Notes under the pieces: generated by a model | What the model saw: the letters and a program-made list of their open reading frames with translations, nothing else | Told to the model about the DNA's origin: nothing | Database searches by the model: none | Shown here: in pieces, positions 1 to 12,056 of the stretch | How positions within the stretch are numbered: position 1 is the first letter of the stretch | Layout of the letters: every line of letters begins with the position of its first letter | Program-made: the position numbers and the translations under genes | Assembly: GCF_000372725.1 (NCBI RefSeq) | Contig: NW_005202368.1 | Location: 154,045 to 218,044 of the forward strand | Origin: Emiliania huxleyi CCMP1516 | Taxonomy: Eukaryota | DNA: 64,000 nucleotides | Direction: 5' to 3'

Positions 1-1433
1 TGCGGCTGCTCGCGCCGGCGACGGTGTGGTCGGTGGTGCACGAGGCGGTATTTCGCTGCACCACCACGGGGGAGCGGATGGGTACCACTGCGCTCGCGCG
101 CCTCTCCGAGCGCGGCGCCGTGAGCCTGCAGATCGCACAGCCCGCCACGAGTCGCGTCTCTTCACGGGCAGAGTTGTCGACAGGCGCCGTCGGCGTGCTC
201 GCCTCGGTCCTCCGCAGCTGCGACGACCAGAGCCTCGATGCCTCCCGCCTCGTGCCGACAGACGCCGCCGACGCCGCCGACGCCGACGCCGACCTCATCG
301 ACGGCCAGTCCCTCAGCGCACACGACGCCGTTCCGCCAAAGCGACGTCGCGCGTCCGTTTCCTCCTCCTCCGCCGCCGCCGCCGCTGCCGCCGCTGCTGC
401 CGGCGGGAGGACGTCACTCGACGCGCCTCCGGCGGACTGGCTCGACTCGAGGCTCGACGATTCGCGCGCCGCGCCGCCTCCTCCCAACCAGCGGGCGAGG
501 GTGGTGGAGGAGGCGCCGCTGCACGTGGCCGCCTGGCCGGGCGGCGGTTTTATTTCTCGGCGGATTTGTTCTCTTTTTTCTAGGCGCCGCTGCACGTGGC
601 CGCCTGGCGGGGCAGTCAGCCGGCGGTCGAGATGCTGCTCATCGCAGGCGCAGACCTGCTCGCCCCCTCCGCCGCCTCGGGCCTGCTCCCGGTCCACGTC
701 GCCTGCGACCCCCGCTCGCCCGCCTACCAGCAGGTCCATATCTCCCCACATCTCCCCACATCTCGCTCGCCCGCCTACCAGCAGGTCCATATCTCCCCAC
801 ATCTCCCCACATCTCGCTCGCCCGCCTACCAGCAGGATCCCCTGTTCACTCTCACTGGTGAAGGAGGGACGAGGGCTCATTGTTCATCGCGCGCCCGCGT
901 GCCGAAAGGGCGACGGGACCTTCCTGCCTTGGCTGCTCCGCAAGATGGGCGAGGTGTGGGGAGATGTGGGGAGATGTGGGGAGATATGGGGAGATGGCTG
1001 CTCCGCAAGATGGGCGAGATGGGCGAGGTTGTCGCACCACCCGAGATGACCTGAGATGGCCCGAGATGGACCCGAGAGGGCCCGAGAGGACCCGAGAGGA
1101 CCCGAGCGGACCCGAGAGGACCCGAGAGGACCCGAGAGGACCCGAGGTGGGCGCGCCCCGCCCTTGCCTCCGCCACCCTCGTGCACGCGTGTGTGCGGGG
1201 GCATCCACCTCACCTCGCCCCACCTTTAGGCGGACGCGGGCGGCGCCGGTCCGTCCGACGTGGCTGCGCGGCTGCGAGCGGACGTGCCAGCCGCGTTTTG
1301 GAGCCGCGGCTGCGACCCGGCACCGCTGGGCATCGCGCCGCCGCCCAGCTCGTACAGCGAGAGGGTGGCTCGGCGGCTGGCGTCATACCGCGACCTGGAC
1401 AACCCACTCGGGGAGGGGGAGTACGACTACTAG
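1..1433 (+). CDS. Ankyrin-repeat protein, 3' part of a multi-exon gene (start outside the window)
   Basis: Removing a GC-AG intron at 513-583 joins EEAPLHVAAW to RGSQPAVEMLLIAGADLLAPSAASGLLPVHVAC, an ankyrin consensus (PLHxAA..G....V..LL..GAD). Later exons read RKGDGTFLPWLLRKMGE and ...DNPLGEGEYDY* (TAG 1431-1433). Introns are filled with 10-mer repeats. Confidence 0.65.
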
Positions 1434-1830
1434 GGGCGTAGACAGGGATGCCTAGAAAGCTCTCGTGTATGTGTATGTGTGTCTGTCTGTCTCTTGTGTT
1501 GTCTAGGTCTGTCTCTTTCTGAGGTTGTCTGGGTGTCTCTCAGTGAGTTATCTGAGTTGTCGCTCGGTTGCACATGCAGTCCCTCAGCGTCAGCCTCTCG
1601 GCGGCAGTTCCAGTTCTTCGTATCTCAAGATCTGCAGACCCTTCGTCCTCAAGGCTTCGTTCGCGGTTCGGTCAAGGAGTAGGTGGCCGTACAGACTACA
1701 CGAAGGAGTTCTAGTATCTATAGAGACGGTGAGCCGATCATCTGCGAGACGCCGAGAGAAGGGCAAACAGCGAGTTCCTGCCGGGCTGCCCCTTGAGCCT
1801 TGTCGCGCCCGGCGCTCGTCCGGATCCTCT

Positions 1831-3135
1831 CTAGACTGAAGACTCTACCTCTTGCTCTTCGACGGCACGGCCTCTCGTGCGCCGGAGAGACGGAGACAGT
1901 GCATCTGCCGCGACGGTGTGACCATCGATGCGGGTTGCTGCCCGGCGGCATCGGGAACGTGCACTCCTTGCACGTGCCCCACTACAGCCCCTTACTTCAT
2001 GTGCGTCATTCTCTGGGCTCACCAACTGAATGAAGCACCCCCTGGTCAGACTTTCCCGCGCCACGTGGATCTCGAGCGCAGGCTGGTTCGGCAGCGAGAC
2101 AGAAATCACCAGCACGTTCTCCGCGCAGCCGTAGCCCGGGCTATAGGCATCCAAACGGAAGCCACAGGGCCCAAACCGCTCCAAGAATCGGTGCATCGTC
2201 GAAGGTCGCAAAGGCTCCGCCCCATTCACGGCGGACATAACACATGACAGATCGAGCCGACCGAGCTGTTCGTCCCTCACCTTCCGGGCACAGAGCTCGA
2301 ACGCAAAATTAGGGGCGAAAATGTGCGTCGCGCTGTAGTACGAGATTGCTTCGAGCCACCGCACCGGCCGCTTGACAAACGACGCGGGTGACATTAGTGT
2401 GCAGCTCGCCCCCTCGACGATCGAAAAAGCAATGTTGCCAATCAGTCCAAGGTCGTGATATTGTGGCAGCCAGCAGCAGAAGCGCAGCCCTCCAGCATCA
2501 CGCGAAGGCGATGCGAGTACATCTCCCATGGCTGTGAGATTTGCTCTGAGCTGCTTATGCGTCACGGACACACCCTTTGGTGTGCCGGTGCTACCACTCG
2601 TGAACTGAATGAATGCCAGGGCTTCCTCGTCAATGAGCAGAGGTCCGCAAAATAACGATCGAACTGCGTCATCGCTCGCGTCATCGGTCTCGTACCACGC
2701 AAAGGGCTGCTGCGTGGAAGGCACGTCAGTCTGGTGCTGAACCCAAGCTCCGCGCAGCGCGGCGGACAGCCTTTTCTCGGTTAGTGCAACTGCTGGCTTG
2801 GCGCAGCGTGCGTGTGCATCCATCTTGTCAAGGCCTTTTTCGGGATGTGCCGGATCTGGCGGGTATATGGGTACTGCGACCACGCCGGCACGGAGACAGC
2901 CCAGAAAGGCGGATATGAACGCTAGACCCGGCAAGTAGACCAGGAGTGCCCGCTCGCCCTTGCCGACTAGCCATTCGTTCATGAGGCGTGATGAGACAAT
3001 AGACGTCTGAGTTTCAAGTGCAGCGAAGCTCAAGATGGCCTCCTCACTCCCGTCATCACGCAGCCAGCGAAATGCGACGGAATCGGGCGCCGTGGAGCTC
3101 CAGTGAAGCAGCTGATCGACCAGAGTGGTCCCCAT
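1831..3135 (-). pseudogene. Fatty acyl-AMP ligase (FAAL-type adenylation domain), C-terminally truncated
   Basis: Motifs AFIQFTSGSTGTPKGV, WLPQYHDLGLIG, PNFAFELC, NGAEP and PGYGCAENVL are present. Similarity ends near 1995; the TGDLG/GRxKD hinge and C-terminal subdomain are not seen downstream. Intronless over the homologous part. Confidence 0.8.
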
Positions 3136-3247
3136 AGGGAATTCCAGGCGACTTTTACGTGCGCTCGACTATAGGGATCCCTAGTCTGTCCCCCACGTAG
3201 CTGGACGGAGGGAACTGCGGTCGCGGTCGCCCGTCGGGGGGTCAGTT

Positions 3248-4003
3248 ATGAGCATTGTCGTGCCAATTTCAGAGCAGGGCGCGCAGCCTGCAAAGAGCAG
3301 CTCGCCCACCCGCAAGAAGCTTGGCGTCGTCGCTGCGCTGACCGGAGTGGGCCTCGTCATCGGAGGAGCAACTGGCACTCTCGCCTTCAGCTCCGACGCT
3401 TCGGTGGCGTCGACAGTCAATGCCATCAAACTTGCTCTGCCCGCCGAGAACGGCGTGGTGCTGTTGGAGAAGGCGCGCCCTCAAGCCCAACCGGCGGCCC
3501 CCGTCCCCATCTCGCCTCAATATTGTGTAAGGGTGCCATTTGCAAACAGTTGCCGGTTCTCCCAGGTGTTTCATCCTGTCCCTGCGCAAGAGAAGGCCGC
3601 GGTACGTATAAAACCTGCAGCGGCGCCGCGCTCCCCGTCCCCGTGCGCGCTCCTGCGCGCGGGTGCGCCGCGCCGAGCGGACGCGCGGCGGCCCGACTGA
3701 CGCCGCACGCCCGCCGCACTCGCCGGGTGCCCGCACCGCGACATGCCGTCACGCCCCCGCGCCCGCGCGCAGGACTCGGAAACGCTCGACAAGGTCCGCG
3801 AAATCATCTCCGAGCAGCTGGGCGTGGACCTCGACAAGGTCGCCGCCGACGCCAAGTTCGTTGACCTCGGCCTCGACTCGCTCGACACCGTGGAGATCAT
3901 GATGGCGCTCGAGGAGCAGTTCACAATCACCCTCGACGAGGAGGGCACGGAGGAGATCAACACCGTCCAGGAGGCCGCGGACATGATTGCCGGGCTGAAG
4001 TGA
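3248..4003 (+). CDS. acpP: Acyl carrier protein with an N-terminal hydrophobic/targeting extension
   Basis: The last exon (3773-4003) reads DSETLDKVREIISEQLGV...DLGLDSLDTVEIMMALEEQF...TVQEAADMI, with the DSL phosphopantetheine site. A phase-0 GT-AG intron at 3602-3772 is in frame. A further GC-donor intron from 3473 is possible. Confidence 0.88.
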
Positions 4004-4680
4004 CGATCTCCCCCCCTCTTCAGCATCGCCTCCCCGTCGTCTCCCGTCCCGTTAAACAAAGCACCTTCGTCCTCCGTCCGTGTGTGCACCCGACCTCTCG
4101 CCCCCTCGATCGGGCTCCCCCGGGGGAGGAGGAGAACAACGACAACCACTCGGGAGACTCCCCAAGAAGCTTTTCGTTTTGATTTGGCGGTCCCATTCAG
4201 AAAAAACCGCGAGCGGGAAGTTGTCGTCGTTGTTGGAGAGGGGGTTGGTTGGGCAACAACTCGCTGGCGCCGAGCAGGAGGGCCCGGCGCACAACCCCTG
4301 GTCAACTGAGGGTCCTTCCCCGTATCTTTTTTGGCTAAGTATCCTTATGTTTTTTTTTAAATGAACTCGGGGGCACGGGACGCGGCACAAACGGGGCACA
4401 ATCCACAAACGCCAGGCTACAAAGACGGGGAGGCACGTAGTGACGCAGGGGAGTCTAGGCGACGGTGGCGTCCTCCGACGCCACGGCGAGCCTGAGCTCG
4501 GTCGCAATCTCTTCCGCCGCCGCGAGCTGCAGCGCGACTGACATGCGCTGGGCCTGCAGCGACAGCCACGACCGCGTCGACCAGCTCGCCTCGTCCTCGT
4601 GCTTATGTTTCACATGTATCATGTTAGCGGGGGAGGCTGTCTGAGGTGATCCTGGTGGCCTGGGCGGACCACGGTCTTCG

Positions 4681-4784
4681 TGTGTGTAGTACGTCTACGA
4701 GTTGTTATGAGTCGCTGAGAGTGTAATACGTCTACGAGTTGCTATGAGTCTTTGTGTGTGTAATACGTCTACGAGTTGCTACGA
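4681..4784. repeat. Three ~36-nt direct repeats (gtgtaatacgtctacgagttgctatgag)
   Basis: Three near-identical copies read directly from the sequence. Confidence 0.75.
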
Positions 4785-5049
4785 ATGCAGACTTCGACCA
4801 TCTGAGCCCCCCCCCCCCCCCCCCGCGCGCTCCCCCGCCTCAAGCTCTTACTCCCCCCCCTGGTGGGGCTGCCCGGCAAGAAGAGCAAGGAGCAGCTGAT
4901 GCTGCTGCTCGCCGACGACTTTGCGCCCGTGCTCGGCGAGCTCGGCCTAGCGGGCCGATAGTTGCGCCCTGTGCGCTCGTGGGGCTTTGCGTCTTGTGTC
5001 TCGGTCGCTCGAGGCGTCTCGCTCTTTCTTGCCGACGTCTACTGTCGAG

Positions 5050-6394
5050 CCGGCACCAACTTGATTCGTAGATCGGCGTCTCCCCCTCCCCCTATGGACC
5101 GCCACCCCCCTTCAATCCGTAACTCCGTAAAATCGCGTAAAAAGCGCCCAAATTGAGCGTGAAGCGGCTCCAGCCGCCTCGGAGCGTGCGCCCCAGCTTG
5201 CGGCAGGCGATACACGGGTCACGGCGTGACTGAGGACTTTCGGCGACGTCCGTTCCCTTGGTTGGACACGCGACACATGGCACGGACGATCTCAGCATTG
5301 TGCTGGAGGGTCTGCTCAACGAACTCGGGATAGCCGACCTCAGTACGTTCGAGGCTTTGCTCTTGCACGATACGGGCGCGGTGCTCGACGCGATCCGAAG
5401 CCGCACCGCTGCAGCCGCAGAGGCTGGTGCGGCGGCTTATGCCAGCTCAGCCACGAGCAATGTTGTTGTGTCCCCAAGCAGCACTGCTACCGCTGGCGTA
5501 ATCTCTGTGCAGCACAAGGGCAGCTTCTCCCGCACTCTCGTCAGCACAGACACGCAAACCACGCTAAGGGGCTCGGACATCCATGCAGCCGCGAGTGCTG
5601 AGATGCTGCTTCGGCAGGAGTTGGAAGAGAAGTTGCGGTCACGGTTAAGGAGCTTCTGAGCAGCGCTCTGCGAGCGCTGTGAAGAGGGCGCTCGCGTCGG
5701 CGCGGGATGAGCTTGCTGCGGCACAAGAGCTGAGGCGCTCCGACCGCGACAACCTGAGGACAGCGCAGCAGGCTGCTAAACGCGACATCAAAGCGGCCGA
5801 GCGGATGGCCGACGAGGTAAAACACGCAGCTCGAGCTGATTTTGAGTGGCGTATCGGCGAGATGCGTGCCAAGATGCAGGCTGAGCTGCGCGAGCAGCTC
5901 GACGCGCTGCAGATTTCGATGGAGGCAGAGGCGAGGCGCGCTGATGCCGCAGCGTGGCGGAGAGGTCAAGGCGCTGCACAACAAGATGGAGGGGATTATG
6001 CACACGCGTGAGGGGTTGATAGTCGCACTCGCAGAGGCGCAGCTCGGCAAGCACGAATATAGTGATTGTTAAGAGATATACGTAGCGTTACAGTCGTACG
6101 GTCGTTGACCCTCCCACTGTGAGCCTGGGCCGCCCGGACCCCAGAGCTGTTGGCCTCTGCTGCGCGTGCAGAGCACAGCGTTGTGCGCGAGCGTTGGAGA
6201 GGCCAGCCTCCGGCTTCTCAGCGTGTCGCGAGCGCTGTGTCTCTATCTGCCTGGTGGATGGGTGTGGTGGGGGACTCCTGGTGGCTTTTGGTCACAAATT
6301 TACGGATTTACGGATTTACGGATCGACCCCCCTCCCTCCCCGTCCCGCGGCCCGGGGCCGTGAGACGCCGATCTACGAATCAAGTTGGTGCCGG
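5050..6394. mobile_element. Non-autonomous TIR DNA transposon (33-bp TIRs, 3-bp TSD GAG)
   Basis: ccggcaccaacttgattcgtagatcggcgtctc at 5050-5082 and its exact reverse complement at 6362-6394. GAG flanks both sides (5047-5049, 6395-6397). Subterminal atccgtaa/ttacggat repeats. The interior holds broken coiled-coil ORFs (5258-6072). Confidence 0.88.
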
Positions 6395-6529
6395 GAGCGT
6401 GTCGTGAAAGACGTCTCTTTGTTACTTCTTTTGCCGAGAGTGCCAGCGCGCTCCAGTCCCGAGCGTGCCCACTTACACCTTGTGTGGCACCGGAGAAGTT
6501 GACCTGACCTTGCCCGGTACACGCAAAAA

Positions 6530-8259
6530 TCAAACCGTGCCAAACGCGGCGCGCACCTGCTCTAGCAGCGCGGGGTCCACCCGTGCGATCGCCGCGCCAA
6601 AGGCTGCACCGTGCGCCTCCTGCGCCACGCCGAGGCTGCGCTGCAACGCCGGCCGGAGCGGCATCGCCGCGAGCGAGTCGAAGGGCTCGAGCGCGTGCGA
6701 GAAGGCGGCTCGAACCGCCTCGGGCGGCGGCGACCGAGCCGGCGAGGGAGGCGGCTGCTCTTCGTCGGCAAGGGCGGAGACGCAGAGGGAGAGGACCTCC
6801 TCGAGGCAGCCGAGCGCCTTTGCGTCGAGATCGAGATGCACCGAGAGGAGCCGAGATGAGCCGAGAGGAGCCGAGAGGAGCCGAGAGGAGCCGAGAGGCA
6901 GCCGAGAGGAGCCGAGAGGAGCCGAGAGGAGCCGAGAGGAGCCGAGAGGAGCCGAGAGGAGCCGAGAGGAGCCGAGAGGAGCCGAGAGGAGCCGAGAGGA
7001 GCCGAGAGGAGCCGAGAGGAGCCGAGAGGAGCGGAGATCGAGGCAGCGCACGCCTTTGGGTCGAGGGGCAACAGCGCAGCGAGCGCGAGCGCGGCGAGCC
7101 GCCGCTGCGACGAAAGCAGCATCCCGTCGCATACGGCGAGCCACGCAAAGCAAAAGGCCGGCAGCGGCTCTGCGAGGCCGAGTGCGGAAGCGGCCGACGA
7201 GAGCGCCGCCTCGGACAGAGCAATCACAGTTGCAGCGGGCGTCGTCGCAATCAACAGTGCGACGCACGTCGTCGAGACTGAGAAGAGTTGTGTGTGTGTA
7301 GCTGCCGCTATTCGCGCCTCGAAGGTGGACGGCGCGACGAGGAGCGCCCGGCCGGCCACGCCTCCGAACGTGGCGAGCGAGAGCTCGGAGTACCCTTCCC
7401 CCTGCCCCTCGCACGGCCCCTGCAGCACCGCCTGCGCCACCAGCGCCAGCGGCCGCTCCAGCAGCGGTGCGTGCGCCGGGGCGAGCACGAGCAGCGAGTG
7501 CATCGCGCCGGCGACGGCGATCGTGCCTCTCCGGTCGGCGCACGAGCTACGCACCGCCTAGAAAAGAAGACTTTCCCGTGTCCGTGCCGGTGCGCGCCAG
7601 TCCCGTGCCCTGTGTCGTGCGAAACAGAAGAAGCACGAGTGAAACGAGAACTCCGACGAGGACAGAAACGGGCCGAGTCGCAGAGCTGCTCGCCTCCTCG
7701 AGCAGCGCGGAGAGCATCCCCGCCCGAGGAGCGAGCAGCCGGCCGCAGAGCAGTCCCGCCTGCAAGCGTGTCATCACGGGACGTGTCACGGTCGTGTCCC
7801 GTCTGGCCGAGCAGCCGGCCGCAGAGTCAGCCCCGCCGCGTCGTGCAGCAAGTACCAGTCGAGCAGCTGCATCAGCGGGCGGCACAAGTCGCTCCCCACA
7901 TCGAGCAGCGCCGGCATCCGCGCCGCGAGGCACAGCAGCGCCTAATCTCGGCCAATCTCGGGCGTATCTCGAGCGAGCTCAAGACCGCCTCTCGGTCGGC
8001 GAGGACCAGCAGCGCCTCGGCCAGACCCGCGTCGCCTCCTCCCCCGCCTCCTCCCCCGCCTCCTCCCCCGCCTCCGCCTCTTCGGCCTCCTCCCCCCCCC
8101 CCTCCTCCTCCGCCCCCTCCTCCGCCAACGGGCAGTGAGGCGAGCGCCTCGCGCCAGACCGCCACCGCCGCCTCAATCAAGCCAACCGCCACCGGCGCTC
8201 CCGAAGGATCCGCCGCCGTCGCAACTCCGACCAGCTCGAGGGCAGCGCGCCGCAGCGCG

Positions 8260-8296
<37 letters not shown>

Positions 8297-11200
8297 TGCC
8301 GCCGCCGCCGCCGCTGCCGCCGCCGCCGCCTGCCGCGGCGGTGGCGGGGAGGGCGCGCGGGCTGTGTCGCGACGAGGCCTGCTGCGCGGGGCTGATTGCA
8401 TGCAGCGCCGCCGCCGCGCAATCGAGCACCGCCTCCTGCAGCAGCTGCTGCCCGTCCGAGGCAGACCAAGCGGCGCGCAGCCACCCCGCCACCGCCGCCG
8501 CCCGGTCGGCGCAGGCGGAGTCGTCCTCGTCGGCCGCTTCGGCCGCGCGGGGCGGCGAGGCGCGGGAGATGAGCCGCGCGGCGAGGGCGATCAGCCTCCA
8601 TCGGGACTGGACCTACTCTCGACCGATCTCGACGTGATCTCGCGCCGATCTCTCCGAGAGCGAGCAGGCTCGCGCGAGACTCGCACCTCGCGCGCGCTCA
8701 GGGCGAGGCGAAGCACGGGCACCTGCAGGGACGGGAGATGGCGAGAGATGGCGGGGCATGAGAGCACCTTCCGGGACGGCTCCGAGACGCTTCCAGCCAC
8801 TCAGAGCAGGGGCGGAAGAGCCGAAGCTTAAGGCCAGGGCTGAGAGAGCGTCGGGCGAGGAGCAGCTTGGGTGATCTCGGGTGATCTCGGGTGATCTCGG
8901 GTGATCTCGGGTGATCTCGGGTGATCTCGGGTGATCTCGGGTGATCTCGGGTGATCTCGGGTGATCTCGGGTGATCTCGGGTCATCTCGGCACCAGAGTC
9001 ACTCGCGCGAGACGGCGGAGAGGCGGCGCCGCCGGCGCGCAACTCTCGTCGAGCGGCGGCGTGCGCGGCACGGCGTCGGAGGCCTGATTCAAAGGTGGCG
9101 AGGACGTAGGAGTGGCTGGTCCGGAGGGGAGGCGTGCGCCGGGCGGGCGTCGGACGCCTCGATGAGTCTGCGTATCGCGATGGCGGCGGTGAGGGAGACG
9201 CCGGGATGCGGGTCCTGCAGCAGCATGCCCAGAAGCGTGTACCAGCCCTCGATGGAGGCCTGCTCGTGCGCGGATGTCCGGACCTAAGGAGTGCGCATGT
9301 GGAGGGCTCAGGGAGCGCCCCTCGGCTGCCTGCTCGTGCGCCGCTCTCTTGACCAGCTCCGGAGCAGAGAGGGAGTGCCCCAGCAGCGACGCGGCGCGGC
9401 GGCGCAGCAAGTGGGCACTGTCTGGCGGCGCAGCGGAGCAGTGCGTCTGCAGAGCGCTGACGACGGCGCAGAGTGAGTCCGCCTCGGCCGGCCCGTGAAC
9501 CTGAGATTGACCGAGATTGACCGTAGGGGATGGTGGGTTCGGGTACCGTGGGGGTAGGGGATGGGTGCACCATCGCGAGGGCGGCGTAGCAGCCGTCCAG
9601 CCGTAGCACCGCCTCGCAACTTGCCAGCCCCGCAGCAGCAGCCTCGTTGGCCGCGGCGTGCACCGCGGCTTGCACCTGTTGTGACATGAAGGATCAGAAC
9701 TGATGCTGGCCTTGGTGCACCGCAGTATCGCACCTGTTGTGTCAGATTGACGTCAGAGCTGATGCTGCACCACAAGTGGCCTTGGTTGCACCGCAGCCTT
9801 GCACCTGTTGTGTCAGATTGACGTCAGAACTGATGCTACACCACAAGTGGCCTTGGTTGCACCGCAGTCTTGCACCTGTTGTGTCAGATTGACGTCAGAG
9901 CTGATGCTGCACCACAACTGGCCTTGGTTGCACCCGCAGTCTTCCACCTGTTGTGTCAGATTGACGTCAGCTGATGCTGCACCACAAGTGGCCTTGGTTG
10001 CACCGCTTGCACCGCCGCGCGAGCTGCGGCTTGCTCGGCGAGCGAAGAGACGCACCGCTCGGCGCAGCGGCGCAGACTCGCCCCCTCCCTCGAGGCCGCC
10101 TCCTCCCACACCCACGCCTTGGAGCGAACGATGACACGTCACATAAAGAGTTAGTGCCACATCGCCTCTCACACCGCCGACGCCTCCGGGTCGTCCGCGT
10201 ACTCGAGCAGCTCCGCCTACTCTCGGCCACCTCGCTTGCACCTCGGCTCCCTCTCGGCTGCCTCTCGGCGCCCTCTCAGCGCCCTCTCGACGCCCTCTCG
10301 GCTGCCTCTCGGCGCCCTCGCGGCGCCCTCGCGGCTGCCTCTCGGCTGCCTCTCGGCGCCCTCTCGGCTGCCTCTCGGCTGCCTCTCGGCTGCCTCTCGG
10401 CTATCTCCCGCCTCGCCGAGCGGAAGCGCGCGCGTCACTAGCGAGTGGACGACCGACGCGAGGCCGGACGAGAGGACGAACGAGCGGACGGCCACCTAAG
10501 AACGAGTGCACTGCTGGCGACGCACTTCTTCTTCCCCCTCACGGAGGGAGCGGTCTCGCCGCCTCGCACGCCACGGCCTCCGGCGCCGGCGGGCGGCCGT
10601 GTGGCCTGTGCGCGCCCGGCGCCGCCGCAGCGTAGCTAGCGCAGCAGACGACGTTGCGGAGGAGGGTGGTGAGCCGGACGAGGAGCTTCTCGGAGCCGTC
10701 GGCGGACCCGGCGGAGAAAGGGCGCGAGCCTAGCTCCGAGGCGGCTACGGCGAGCGCGCGCCCGACGCACGAGGCGAGGGCGAGTGGCTGCACCTGCGGG
10801 GACATGGCCATGGACATGGACATGGACATGGACATGGACATGGACATGGACATGGACATGGACATGTCCCGGACGTGTCGTGGGCGCGTCGGGGAAACGT
10901 CGCGCGGGTCGGGGACATGTCACGGGCGACGCACGGGGCGAGGGCGAGGGGGGTGGCTCCTCCTGGACCTCGACCAGCGAGAGAGGGGGAGGCATGGGGA
11001 GAGAGGGGGAGAGAATCGCACCTCCTGCACCTCCACTAGTGACTTTGCGGCGACCAGGGCAACTTTGAGCAGCGCGTCCGCCGTGAGCAACGCATCCGCC
11101 GTGGCGGCAGCGGCGCCGGCGGTCGGCGCCAGCGGACACGCATCAAGAGCGCGGCGCAACGCAAGCTCGGCGGAGGAGGCGGCGGCGGCGAGCTCCACGA

Positions 11201-12056
11201 AATCACGGACAGAGGCGAGGGCCGCCTTGTGGACGATTGAGACAAACTCATCACAAATGGATGGCCATGCCACCGTCTCTCGCAGGCATCTGGCATCTCG
11301 GTTGCATCCACGAGCCTGCGATGCGTGCGCGCGCGCGTACCCATGCAGCAGCAGCTGCCGCTCCGTCTTGATGGCGAGCAGCGCGCACGCCTCTCCGCCG
11401 GCGCCGCTGCCCGCGATCGGCTGGTCTGCTGGACCGCCGAGCAGTGGCTGGACGCGTCCGAGCAGCGCGCGGGCATGCGATGTGCGCAGGCTGGCCAGCG
11501 GGGCGTGCAGCTGCTCCGACAGCGCGAAGAAGGCCTTGCGGTGCGCGAGCAGCCGGCGCGACGCCTGCAGCTTGACCACGCGGTACAGGGCAGACAGCCC
11601 TCGCGCCGCGTCGAGCGGCGCCGGCCGAGTGCACGAGGCGGTGAGGGCGGGGAGCAGCGCGGGCCAGGCGGCGAGGCCCTCCAGCCGGGCGATGGTAGCG
11701 GCCGTCAGCACAAGCTGCGACGCCAGCGCGGGCTCGCGCTCGTCGGTGGCGGGCAGCAGCCGGGCTCGAACCTCCGCCTTCTCGGCGTCCGAGATGGCGG
11801 GTTCTCCGGACCGGCGCTCGTTCCAGCGGCGGCCGACCGCCGCCTTGAGGCAGAGCACTGCGAGCAGCCGCTCCGCGCCGCCGCATCCCGCAGGAGGACT
11901 CTCGTACACGCTGAGCAGCGCCGTCGCGTAGCCCGGCGCCGCCTCCCATGCTGCAAGCGCCGCCTCGTACGGCACGCGCACAGCCGCGTCGGCCGAGAGC
12001 GCGCCGCGCAGCGCCTCGAGGAGGTTGTGCTTGTTCACAGCTAGGGATCCGTTCAT
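6530..12056 (-). CDS. IPO11: Importin-11 (karyopherin-beta family), multi-exon
   Basis: IBN_N-like N-terminus (RLLAVLCLKAAVGRRW...SDAEKAEVRARLL...EPALASQLVLTAATIARLE...WPALLPAL) followed by LYRVVKLQASRRLLAHRKAFF, as in importin-11/Kap120. C-terminus ...VDPALLEQVRAAFGTV*. Internal exon boundaries are not fully resolved. Confidence 0.8.
6840..7032. repeat. Intronic 10-mer tandem repeat (gccgagagga)n
   Basis: Visible 10-nt periodicity inside an IPO11 intron. Confidence 0.9.
8869..8990. repeat. Intronic 10-mer tandem repeat (gtgatctcgg)n
   Basis: About 12 near-perfect copies inside an IPO11 intron. Confidence 0.9.
9670..10012. repeat. Intronic ~71-nt tandem repeat containing copies of the splice acceptor and exon start
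   Basis: cacctgttgtg recurs at about 9673, 9731, 9802, 9873 and 9945. Confidence 0.85.

Noticed and set aside
4681..4784. Mini CRISPR-like repeat
   Set aside because: Only three copies with ~10-nt gaps; a simple tandem duplication.
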